A DNA stretch of 64,000 nucleotides. Source: Smithellaceae bacterium. Its GTDB lineage: Bacteria > Desulfobacterota > Syntrophia > Syntrophales > Smithellaceae. The notes beneath the pieces were generated by a model. That model ran no database searches. It was not told the origin of the DNA and worked only from the letters and a program-made list of their open reading frames with translations. The stretch's first letter is position 1. The number at the start of each line of letters is the position of its first letter. The stretch spans positions 1,813,245 through 1,877,244 of the forward strand of contig OY821638.1 of the NCBI GenBank assembly GCA_963682105.1, in the 5' to 3' direction. Shown here in pieces: positions 27,561-37,452 of this stretch. The position numbers and the translations under genes are program-made.

Positions 27561-30225
27561 ACAACGTCTGAAAAAAGAACTGTCAAATCTCTGGGCGAAG
27601 ACAAAAAAAAATGGTGAAGCAGGGTGGCATCCGCTGATTCTTCACATGCTGGACGTAGCCGCGAGTGCTGACGCAATTCTGGAGCGCGAACCTAAATCAA
27701 CGCGTATGAGGATGGCTACAATCTTAGGTATGCAATGGGAAGATGCCCGGCCATGGATTTTAATCGTTTTGGCCTGTCACGATCTGGGAAAATCAAGTCC
27801 GGGTTTTCAGTACAAATGGCCGGAGGCACCCCAGACATGTCTGTCATTTCCACGAAGCCCGAATACAGAAATGAACCACGCTTTCGTCAGTCAAATTGCA
27901 CTTTCAGAGTTATTACAGGAAAGGGGCTGGCCTCAAGAGTTAGCAGTGTTAACGGCTGATGCAGTTGGATGTCACCATGGGACTAGGGCGACTCCAACTA
28001 CCATTAATCATCTGATGGGCGACAGACGTGCTATTGGAAATGATGATTGGACAAAAGTGCGTATAAGCTTTGCGGAAACGCTGCTGGATGTTTTTAAGCC
28101 TTCGCGAATGCCAACCAAAGAAACTCTTACCGGCCCCGACTTCATGCTGTTGGCGGGACTCACAAGCTTTGCTGACTGGATCGGATCCAATGAAGATTGG
28201 TTTCCTTTCGGTACGCCGGAAGATTGTGAGGATCTGCAGGCGTGGTTTCAAAAGCGTAAAGGCTGTGCAGTCCAGGCACTAAATTCAATCGGATGGGAAT
28301 ATAGAACCCCGCTGTCCAAAAAACAAAAAACTTTCGCGCAGGTATTCGGCTTTACTCCTCGTCCATTACAGCAGGCGGTCGCTGACGCTCTTTCTGGTAT
28401 AAAAGAACCAGCCATTCTACTGGTTGAAGCCCCCATGGGCGAAGGCAAGACCGAGGCAGCATTCTTCACGCATCTTGAGTTGCAATGCCGATTTGGGCAT
28501 CGTGGCCTGTATGTGGCCTTGCCGACCAAAGCGACCGGTAACGCAATGTTTAAACGCACGTTGGACTTCATTTGTAAACAAGGCACTGATCGAAAGCTGG
28601 ATATGCAACTGTTGCATGGCGGAACTGTTCTCAACGACACCTTCCAGAATCTGCGGATTTCTGGAATCCACGATCCCGAAACAGGCGGTGAGATAAGAGT
28701 GGGGGAATGGTTCACCAACAAAAAAAGGGCGCTCCTTTCAGAATACGGCGTAGGAACGGTGGACCAGGCAATTCTCCCCATTCTGCCTGTGCGACATAAC
28801 TTCGTGCGTCTGTGGGGCCTTGCAAACCGTGTCGTAGTATTCGATGAGATTCACGCGTATGACGCTTACACGGGTACGCTTCTGGTTCATCTATTGCGCT
28901 GGCTCCTGGCATTGGGATCGTCCGTGGTGTTGCTTTCGGCGACACTGCCACCTCATATTCGTCGCGAGTTGGCGAAAGTGGTAAGTGCCGACATACCGGA
29001 AATAGAAGCGGAATATCCGCGCCTCTCTATCTACCGCGCCGACGGAGTGGACCAGATCCATTTTGAGGCCGATCCGAACCGTCGATTGACGCTAAGTTTA
29101 CAGGGGATTCCACACGACCTGCCAAGTATGTATTCAGCACTGAACGAACACCTTATAAACGGCGGTATGGGGCTAGCACTTGTCAATACAGTGCAACGGG
29201 CACAAGACCTGTACCGACTTTTCCCTGAGGGCGCGCCAATAGAGCGTGAAGGTCATCGGGTCGGCAAGCGGCTGCCCGATGGTACGGAAGTATTCCTCTT
29301 TCATGCGCGGTTTCCGGCTGATCGGCGACAAAAGCGTGAGGATCATGTTTTGGCGAACTTCGGTGTTGGCGGAAATCGATACGGGCGTAAAATTCTCATA
29401 GCAACGCAGGTTGCGGAACAGAGTCTTGATTTGGATTTTGACGTAATCGCCACTGATCTTGCGCCCATTGACCTCATCTTGCAGCGTGCAGGACGTCTGT
29501 GGCGTCATGAGCGGGAATCCCGGCCAGTTTCCGGCCCCCCGACACTCTTGGTGGCGGGTCTTGTTGGCGACGCGCCGCCATCATTCGGAAAACCCTTGTG
29601 GTGGGGAAAGGTATATCGTGAAGATGTCCTGTTGCGCACCTGGTGCCTTCTTCGGGAAGGGCAAAGGGCGAACTTGGTGTTGCCGGATGAGATCGACGTC
29701 CTAGTACAAGCGGTTTACGAAGAACAGGTTGAAATACCGGAATTACTCCAAGAGAGATTAAACAGCGCGTTGTTGAATGGGGAAGGAGAAGCCATAACCA
29801 AGCGTGGACAGGCAAATCAGGCGATTATTGGCTTTCCCGACGATGCATCATGGAACGATCCGGCAAGGTTTGTTCTTTTTGATGAAGATGAACCCGGCGT
29901 ACATCGAACGCTCATGGCCCAGACCAGGCTTGGTGAAGACTCGGTCGTTGCTATTCCGTTATGGCGTGAAGACGGATTCAGCACTGAAACTACGCCTGAC
30001 TTTGCCCAAGCCAAACGGTGGTTCCTGCGGGCAATCAGTCTTTCACGCAAAGGCGTGGTCAAGAAACTCAAAACGTCTGGGGTGCCGGAAGGCTGGAACA
30101 AATCGCTACTCTTGCGTAATTGCTTCCCACTGATGCTGAATGTCCAGGGATGCTGGACTGAAGATACAAAAGTGCGTTTGGATGACGCTCTGGGTTTACT
30201 TTACGAGTCAAAGGAGGAAGAATGA
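27553..30225 (+). CDS. cas3: CRISPR-associated helicase/nuclease Cas3 (type I-E)
   Basis: N-terminal HD domain (HMLDVAA...LACHDLGK), helicase motifs APMGEGKTEAA, VVFDEIHAYD, SATLP, ATQVAEQSLDLDFD. First of the I-E gene order. Confidence 0.95.
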   Translation: MNEQRLKKELSNLWAKTKKNGEAGWHPLILHMLDVAASADAILEREPKSTRMRMATILGMQWEDARPWILIVLACHDLGKSSPGFQYKWPEAPQTCLSFPRSPNTEMNHAFVSQIALSELLQERGWPQELAVLTADAVGCHHGTRATPTTINHLMGDRRAIGNDDWTKVRISFAETLLDVFKPSRMPTKETLTGPDFMLLAGLTSFADWIGSNEDWFPFGTPEDCEDLQAWFQKRKGCAVQALNSIGWEYRTPLSKKQKTFAQVFGFTPRPLQQAVADALSGIKEPAILLVEAPMGEGKTEAAFFTHLELQCRFGHRGLYVALPTKATGNAMFKRTLDFICKQGTDRKLDMQLLHGGTVLNDTFQNLRISGIHDPETGGEIRVGEWFTNKKRALLSEYGVGTVDQAILPILPVRHNFVRLWGLANRVVVFDEIHAYDAYTGTLLVHLLRWLLALGSSVVLLSATLPPHIRRELAKVVSADIPEIEAEYPRLSIYRADGVDQIHFEADPNRRLTLSLQGIPHDLPSMYSALNEHLINGGMGLALVNTVQRAQDLYRLFPEGAPIEREGHRVGKRLPDGTEVFLFHARFPADRRQKREDHVLANFGVGGNRYGRKILIATQVAEQSLDLDFDVIATDLAPIDLILQRAGRLWRHERESRPVSGPPTLLVAGLVGDAPPSFGKPLWWGKVYREDVLLRTWCLLREGQRANLVLPDEIDVLVQAVYEEQVEIPELLQERLNSALLNGEGEAITKRGQANQAIIGFPDDASWNDPARFVLFDEDEPGVHRTLMAQTRLGEDSVVAIPLWREDGFSTETTPDFAQAKRWFLRAISLSRKGVVKKLKTSGVPEGWNKSLLLRNCFPLMLNVQGCWTEDTKVRLDDALGLLYESKEEE

Positions 30226-31742
30226 GACGATTTAACCTGATTGATGAAAAGTGGATACCAGTGCGATTTCCCAATGGGACGCTTGACGAACTGGGTATCC
30301 GCGACACCCTGCTGCGATCCAAGGAAATCGCGGCTATCGAAGATCCGTCGCCGCTGGTGGTAGCAGCCCTGCATCGCTTTTTACTGGCGGTATTGTACCG
30401 GGCATTAGAAGGGCCAACCGACATTGATCAAGCCAAGGCGTTTTTTAAAACAGGATTGCCGGATGATAAAATCGAGGCCTATCTTGAAAAGTGGCGAGAT
30501 CGTTTCTGGTTGTTTGATGAGAACTACCCATTTGGGCAAAATCCGAATATCCCGAAGGATAAGATTGAACCTTGGACGAAGTTAACGGCTGAATTTAACG
30601 CAACATCCAACAAGGTTCTCTTTGATCACACTAATACCAAAAAGCCCGGAACTAGGACGCCGAAGGAATGTGCTCGTTGGTTGCTCTCTACCATGACCTT
30701 TTCGATTGCTGGCGGCAGAGGCTATTACCCGTCACCATCACCGAATGCGATGATGTGCATTCCATTGGGGCGGAATTTTCAAGAAACGCTTTGTTACAGC
30801 TTGGTGCCGTACCCAAATCGAAATATAATGCTCGGGGATTCGGCGTTGTGGGAGCGTGAACCTACTGCACTACCACTTAGCATTCCAAAGCAGATGGCCA
30901 CTGGATATGCAGATCTCTACACATGGCAATCGCGAATGATCCGCCTTGAGGAACTGTCCACAGGTGAAGTGGAAGTAATGAGATTTGTTGCTGGACTTGG
31001 TTTTGAAAACCCATCGAGCAACCCTGATCCGATGCATCCCTATAAACTTGATAAAACCTACGGAAAACTGTCTGTCCAGTTCAGAAAGAATCGTGGAGCA
31101 TGGAGAGACTATGACTCATTACTCCCTGATAATGGCGATCTAGCACCACTGACAATTCAGAATGCACTGCGATTGGGGGGAAACAAAGCGGGCAGTCTGC
31201 CAGAATCGATTCTGGTACTTGGTCTAAAATATGAACCCCCAAACGCTAACTTGGAGTTCTGGCGCATGGAATGTTTTTCTTTACCTAAGTCGCTGGCCGG
31301 TGTGCATTGTATCAGAACAGATATTAGGCAGTTTCTCAACGATGCCGAGAATGCCCAAAAAGTCCTCTGGACAGCATGTAGTTCATTTGCACGAGATTTA
31401 ATTAGTCGAGGGGACAAAAGGACTGTTAGCAAGAAGGACATCAGCGGCTTTGTAGACCAGATGCCGGTGAACGCCTCGTATTGGTCCACACTTGAATCCC
31501 GCTTCCATGAAGTCCTGCGAGCGTACACGCTTGACTGTGACCCCGATGATATCCGCTGTCAATGGCTGAAGTCTGTTCGTGATATACTGCTGTCCGCTTG
31601 GAGTCAACACAGCACGTCGGTATCCACTGGTGACGCATGGGCTATCCGGGCACTTGTGAAAGCAGAAAGGCCGGTCCGACGTAAATTTAAAGAACTAAAC
31701 GATGAAATTTTAAAACTCGAACCACATAAGGAGGTCGCATGA
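30222..31742 (+). CDS. casA: Cascade large subunit Cas8e (Cse1/CasA)
   Basis: 506 aa. N-terminal FNLIDEKWIPVR is typical of Cse1. ATGA overlap with cas3. Position in the I-E operon. Confidence 0.9.
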   Translation: MRRFNLIDEKWIPVRFPNGTLDELGIRDTLLRSKEIAAIEDPSPLVVAALHRFLLAVLYRALEGPTDIDQAKAFFKTGLPDDKIEAYLEKWRDRFWLFDENYPFGQNPNIPKDKIEPWTKLTAEFNATSNKVLFDHTNTKKPGTRTPKECARWLLSTMTFSIAGGRGYYPSPSPNAMMCIPLGRNFQETLCYSLVPYPNRNIMLGDSALWEREPTALPLSIPKQMATGYADLYTWQSRMIRLEELSTGEVEVMRFVAGLGFENPSSNPDPMHPYKLDKTYGKLSVQFRKNRGAWRDYDSLLPDNGDLAPLTIQNALRLGGNKAGSLPESILVLGLKYEPPNANLEFWRMECFSLPKSLAGVHCIRTDIRQFLNDAENAQKVLWTACSSFARDLISRGDKRTVSKKDISGFVDQMPVNASYWSTLESRFHEVLRAYTLDCDPDDIRCQWLKSVRDILLSAWSQHSTSVSTGDAWAIRALVKAERPVRRKFKELNDEILKLEPHKEVA

Positions 31743-32257
31743 ATGGATTCATTGAATGGCTGGAGGGTCTGAACGAGAAAGACACCAGGGTGCGGGCGGT
31801 ACTAAGACGCAGCCTTGCTTTTGATCCGGGGCGATTTGCGCCTGCTTACCCATATGTCGAGCCATTTCTTAAAGATGAAGAAAACTTTTGGAAGCGGGAT
31901 ATGTTCTATCTTGTGGCTGGTCTCTGGGCCAGCCATTGGCGGTTCGGCAGGAGTGGTGTGCCGTTGACATTCGGAAAGGCATGTGCGGCGCATCAGGTAG
32001 CGAGTAGTTCCACAAACACAGAGAGACGCTTTATTACTCTTCTGGATGCTGACACCGATCAATTGCCGCATCGCTTGCGCCAGATGGTTGCTCTTCTCAA
32101 AGAGCAGACTATCGATTTCGGCGATCTGTTGAACGGCCTTTTATACTGGAATGACGACCGGAAGCGCACACAGAACGGCTGGGCGCGCGACTTTTATCGC
32201 AACCTGAACCTTGAAACAAAAACCAAACCCAATATTGATAAGGAGATCAGCGAATGA
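31739..32257 (+). CDS. casB: Cascade small subunit Cse2 (CasB/Cas11e)
   Basis: 172 aa. AVLRRSLAFDPG motif. ATGA overlaps on both sides. Position. Confidence 0.85.
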   Translation: MNGFIEWLEGLNEKDTRVRAVLRRSLAFDPGRFAPAYPYVEPFLKDEENFWKRDMFYLVAGLWASHWRFGRSGVPLTFGKACAAHQVASSSTNTERRFITLLDADTDQLPHRLRQMVALLKEQTIDFGDLLNGLLYWNDDRKRTQNGWARDFYRNLNLETKTKPNIDKEISE

Positions 32258-33414
32258 AAACAATTATCGAGATTCATGCCCTGCAGAATTTTGCCCCGTC
32301 AAACTTAAACCGCGACGACACAGGCGCGCCCAAAGATGCCCTGTTCGGTGGCACCCGTCGTGCACGTGTATCCAGCCAGTGCCTCAAACGTTCGATTCGG
32401 CAGTATTTTCTGGGATTAGTGGCACGAAACACAATAACAGCAAATGATGTTGCTCTCCGCACTAAACGCATTCTGGATGCTCTCGTCAAGTCTCTGGTCG
32501 AAAAGGGACGTGTTGAAGATGACGCAAAAGAAAAAGTGCGTTTGGCATTGGCAGCTATGGAACTTGCAATAAAGGACGACAGTAAGAGCGAGTGCCTCCT
32601 TTTTTTGGGAAAACGCGAAATTTCCAATATTGCCAATGTGATCCATGATAAGTGGGACACAATCAACGCACCTGATACCGCACCGACAGAAGGGAAAAAA
32701 CCTGGCAAGGCCAAGAAGCAGGCAGCTCAGAGCGCTGATCCTGAATTAAGAAAATCCCTTGAAAAAGTTTTCAATGGCGGAAAGGCTCTTGATGTGGCGC
32801 TCTTTGGACGCATGCTTGCCGACATGCCCGAGAAGAATCAGAATGCCGCCTGCCAAGTTGCTCATGCTATTTCGACGCATTCCGTTGAGCGTGAGTTCGA
32901 TTTTTATACCGCTGTGGATGATCTCAAACCCGAGGACAACGCGGGCGCCGATATGATGGGTACGGTGGAGTTCAATTCGGCCTGTTTCTACCGTTATGCC
33001 GTTGTGGATTGGGAAAAACTTGTGGAAAATCTCCAGAATGACCGGGAATTGGCAACCAAGGGACTACGGGCGTTTCTGGAGGGTTTTGTAGTAGCTGAAC
33101 CCACCGGCAAGCAGAATACCTTTGCAGCTCACAATCCACCGGAATTTGTGGCTGTCTCGCTGCGTCACAATGCAGCACCACGCAATCTTGCTAATGCTTT
33201 TGAGTTAGCTGTGCGCACGAAAAAGGACGAGTCACTGACCAGAAAATCAGCGGAAGAGCTTGTCCAAAAAGCAAATTCGCTGCAGGTTGCATTTGGCGGG
33301 GCGGAACAAACATTTGTTCTCAATCTCATTGATGCCAAGTTGAATGGCTTGGGAACGCCTTTGCCGACATTGAAAGATCTTCTTGATAAAATTATCTTGG
33401 CCATACAGGAGTGA
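32254..33414 (+). CDS. casC: Cascade backbone subunit Cas7e (Cse4/CasC)
   Basis: IEIHALQNFAPSNLNRDDTGAPKDALFGGTRRARVSSQCLKRSIR is the hallmark Cas7e N-terminus. Confidence 0.95.
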   Translation: MKTIIEIHALQNFAPSNLNRDDTGAPKDALFGGTRRARVSSQCLKRSIRQYFLGLVARNTITANDVALRTKRILDALVKSLVEKGRVEDDAKEKVRLALAAMELAIKDDSKSECLLFLGKREISNIANVIHDKWDTINAPDTAPTEGKKPGKAKKQAAQSADPELRKSLEKVFNGGKALDVALFGRMLADMPEKNQNAACQVAHAISTHSVEREFDFYTAVDDLKPEDNAGADMMGTVEFNSACFYRYAVVDWEKLVENLQNDRELATKGLRAFLEGFVVAEPTGKQNTFAAHNPPEFVAVSLRHNAAPRNLANAFELAVRTKKDESLTRKSAEELVQKANSLQVAFGGAEQTFVLNLIDAKLNGLGTPLPTLKDLLDKIILAIQE

Positions 33415-33417
33415 CCT

Positions 33418-34116
33418 ATGCCCACATTGTTGCTTCGTTTGGCGGGTCCCATGCAATCATGGGGCACCACCAGTCGTTTTGACCAACGTGATACCGGTAA
33501 AGAGCCTAGCAAGTCAGGTGTTGTTGGACTTCTGGCAGCAGCATTAGGAATTGATCGAGAAAACTGGATAGATCTGGCTCCCCTGACCCGTCTATCTATG
33601 GGCGTCCGTCACGACCGATCAGGCGTACCCAAGCGGGATTACCAGACAGCAGGATGCGCGGCAACTGACACCATCATCAAGGCAGATGGAACAAAGGCCA
33701 AGGATGGGGGTGTCGTTTCACAGCGTTTCTACATTGCGGACGCCTGCTTTTTAGTGGGACTTGAAAGCAGTGACAGCACCTTGCTAAAAAAGATTCACGC
33801 TGCTTTGCAAAACCCCGTCTGGCCACTTGCTTTAGGCCGGAAATCCTATGTGCCAACCGAGCCGGTCTGGATGAATGATGGGCTTCAGCATGCTCCGTTA
33901 ATGGAAGCATTTACTCGTTGGCCTTGGATTGCAAAACAACGGAAATGGGAAGACTTGCCCGAGAAGCTTTTGGTCTCATATGAGTCTATGGATGGTTCTG
34001 GTGTGCTCAAGATGGACCAACCACTCTCGTCATTTGCTGAACGACGATTTGGATCACGATTCGTGCGTTCGGAATGGATTCCCTTCCCTCAGGAGGTGGC
34101 CCATGTTTCTGCATAG
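33418..34116 (+). CDS. casD: Cas5e (CasD)
   Basis: LLLRLAGPMQSWGTTSRFDQRDTGKEPSKSGVVGLLAAALG is the hallmark Cas5e N-terminus. Confidence 0.95.
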   Translation: MPTLLLRLAGPMQSWGTTSRFDQRDTGKEPSKSGVVGLLAAALGIDRENWIDLAPLTRLSMGVRHDRSGVPKRDYQTAGCAATDTIIKADGTKAKDGGVVSQRFYIADACFLVGLESSDSTLLKKIHAALQNPVWPLALGRKSYVPTEPVWMNDGLQHAPLMEAFTRWPWIAKQRKWEDLPEKLLVSYESMDGSGVLKMDQPLSSFAERRFGSRFVRSEWIPFPQEVAHVSA

Positions 34117-34777
34117 GATACATATTGATCCGCGTTGCCGGGAAGCTCGTCGCGATCTTTCCGATCCCTACCAGCTTCATTCCACACTGTGTAGGGCCTT
34201 CAGCGCGCCGGACAAGAAATGCCCTGAATCTGAATTCTTGTGGCGGCTTGAGACTGAAACGGATTCAGCCGGTTACCCGCGCATTCTTGTTCAAAGCAGA
34301 ACAATGCCGGACTGGTCAAGCATTAGCGTGAAGGGATGGCTTGCACAGGCCGATCCGGCCATTAATCTGAAAGAGCGGCTCAAACTCGATTCGCTCAACG
34401 TTGGGCAAAGTTTTCGTTTCAGGCTGCAAGCTAACCCATGTATTACTAAAAACGGCAAACGTTTGGGATTGCTGCAATTGGCAGAGCAAGAAGCATGGAT
34501 AAACCGGCAAGGGACACAGCATGGTTTTTCACTACCGCAATTGACCCACTTTGATCTTTCAGAACCTGCACAGCAACAGGTTGATGTGCAGGTTACTCAA
34601 GCACATATGCTTCGCGGCAGAAAACATTCCGGTAATGACGTAAGGATATTTTCGGTGCTCTATGATGGAATGCTAACAGTTAACGAACCGGAGAAATTCT
34701 GTCATGCTCTGCAAACGGGTATTGGTCATGGGAAAGTCATGGGGCTGGGCCTCTTGTCAGTTGCACCAATTCGTTGA
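34103..34777 (+). CDS. casE: Cas6e (CasE) pre-crRNA endoribonuclease
   Basis: ATG 34103 preceded by AGGAGG (34091-34096). MFLHRIHIDPRCREARRDLSDPYQLHSTLCRAF and C-terminal GIGHGKVMGLGLLSVAP. The track ORF start at 33929 is an upstream extension overlapping cas5e. Confidence 0.9.
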   Translation: MFLHRIHIDPRCREARRDLSDPYQLHSTLCRAFSAPDKKCPESEFLWRLETETDSAGYPRILVQSRTMPDWSSISVKGWLAQADPAINLKERLKLDSLNVGQSFRFRLQANPCITKNGKRLGLLQLAEQEAWINRQGTQHGFSLPQLTHFDLSEPAQQQVDVQVTQAHMLRGRKHSGNDVRIFSVLYDGMLTVNEPEKFCHALQTGIGHGKVMGLGLLSVAPIR

Positions 34778-34967
34778 ACAAGTAACAAAGCAGAACCCAC
34801 TATTATTTTTGTTCCATGTAAGGTACCGGCTATGGAAAAAAATGTTATTTTTAAAAGGAAAAATCAGCAAAGCAGAGCGTGACAATTTATCACAAGTTCA
34901 CGCTTTCTGCCCCCGATAGAAAAAACGGGTAATCGATTGTGGCGCATTATAAAAGAAAGTACAAAAC

Positions 34968-35111
34968 ATGACCAATTCTTTGGCGTTTTTTGAAGGTTAC
35001 AAAATTCGGCGGCATTACGATGAGCAGGCAGAAACCTGGCGCTTTTCTGTCATTGATATTATCCAGGTACAGGCAAAGATGGCTGAAATGCTGAGGACCA
35101 TCGAGAGGTGA
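34968..35111 (+). pseudogene. N-terminal fragment (47 codons) of a Bro-N domain gene
   Basis: MTNSLAFFEGYKIRRHYDEQAETWRFSVIDIIQV matches the FE.xxIRR.YD...E.W.FSV.D Bro-N start, then diverges and stops. Full family members are ~250-280 aa (recalled). Confidence 0.5.
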
Positions 35112-35136
35112 TTACGAATAATCAGGAGGACTCGTA

Positions 35137-35421
35137 ATGGAAAAAGATTTATTGGTTAGATTGCATGCACAATTTGAAAGCATCGTCAATGTCTGGCCGG
35201 ATTCACCGCTGGAATTCTGGTATGCCCGTGAATTGCAAGGCGCTTTGGGATATGACCGATGGGAAAATTTTAAAAAAGTCATAGATAAAGCGGTTAACGC
35301 CTGCCAAACCATGGAGGTTAACGTTTCAGACCATTTTCGTGACGTCACGAAAATGGTCAAAATAGGTTCGGGCACAGAACGACCGATAGACGACATCCTG
35401 AAATGGAAGACGAAGCCATGA
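35137..35421 (+). pseudogene. N-terminal fragment (94 codons) of a DinD-like (DNA-damage-inducible protein D) gene
   Basis: EFWYARELQGALGYDRWENFKKVIDKAVNACQ...HFRDVTKMVKIGSGTERPIDDI matches the DinD N-terminal region. The reading frame ends about one third of the way into the usual length. Confidence 0.55.
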
Positions 35422-35516
35422 AGAGCAACGATGAGAGGGCAACTGCCAAATAATATTTGTCAATTCAATTATACGTCAGGGCGCTGTAAAGAAATTCTTT
35501 ACAACTGAACAGGGGT

Positions 35517-36122
35517 GTGATGGGAACAAGAAAAGATTTAGAAAAGCCGGAAGAATCACGGATGGTTGTCTTTCAGAAAAAAAACATTCGGCGCACATTG
35601 CATAATGACGAGTGGTGGTTTGCTATTGTGGATGTGGTTGCAGTCTTGACCGATTCGAAAAACCCATCAGGTTACATCAAGGATATGCGTAGGCGTGACG
35701 CGGAGTTATCCAAAGGGTGGGGGCAAATTGCCACCTCCCTTTTGCTGCAAACCGAAGGTGGAAATCAAAAGGTTAATTGCGCCAACACGGAAGGCCTTTT
35801 CCGAATCATCCAGTCCATCCCCTCCCCCAAGGCCGAACCCTTCAAGCGCTGGCTCGCGAAAGTGGGTTATGAACGCGTGCAGGAAATTGAAGACCCGGAA
35901 CTGGCAACCAAACGGACAAAAGCGCTTTATCGGTCCAAAGGCTATTCCGACGATTGGATTGAAAAACGCATGCGCGGGATTGCCATTCGTGCTGAACTTA
36001 CCGACGAATGGAAAAATCGAAAAGTCGGACTTCAAACCGAATACGCTATTCTGACGGCTGAAATTTCCAAAGCCACGTTTGGCCTGACACCATCGGAGTA
36101 TAAAGAAAATGGTCGTGTCTAA
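35517..36122 (+). CDS. Bro-N domain protein (phage antirepressor-like), apparently C-terminally truncated
   Basis: NIRRTLHNDEWWFAIVDVVAVLTDS..., CANTEGLFRIIQSIPSPKAEPFKRWLAKVGYERVQEIEDPE, AILTAEISKATFGLTPSEYK. Ends 48 nt before cas1, where relatives continue for ~70 more residues (recalled). Confidence 0.65.
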   Translation: MMGTRKDLEKPEESRMVVFQKKNIRRTLHNDEWWFAIVDVVAVLTDSKNPSGYIKDMRRRDAELSKGWGQIATSLLLQTEGGNQKVNCANTEGLFRIIQSIPSPKAEPFKRWLAKVGYERVQEIEDPELATKRTKALYRSKGYSDDWIEKRMRGIAIRAELTDEWKNRKVGLQTEYAILTAEISKATFGLTPSEYKENGRV

Positions 36123-36170
36123 AGAAAACTATCTGGATGCGCCGGAAAAAAGAAAACGATTGGAGAAGAA

Positions 36171-37380
<1,210 letters not shown>

Positions 37381-37452
37381 AATTCGGTACCAATTTTTTG
37401 GTGGAATTTGGTTCTTTGAAAATTTAATAAAGAATCAATAAGTTAGAAGAAG
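37381..37452 (+). promoter_or_regulatory. CRISPR leader (72 bp, AT-rich) between cas2 and the first repeat
   Basis: Position, AT-richness, and degenerate repeats at the opposite end of the array define this as the leader-proximal end. Confidence 0.75.
37433..37445 (+). promoter_or_regulatory. candidate IHF binding site in the leader
   Basis: AATCAATAAGTTA fits WATCAANNNNTTR exactly. Lies 8-20 nt upstream of repeat 1. Confidence 0.45.

Noticed and set aside
33929-34102. Upstream 58 codons of the track ORF 33929..34777
   Set aside because: This part overlaps cas5e in another frame. The Cas6e-family N-terminus (MFLHRIHIDP...) begins at ATG 34103 with AGGAGG 7 nt upstream.
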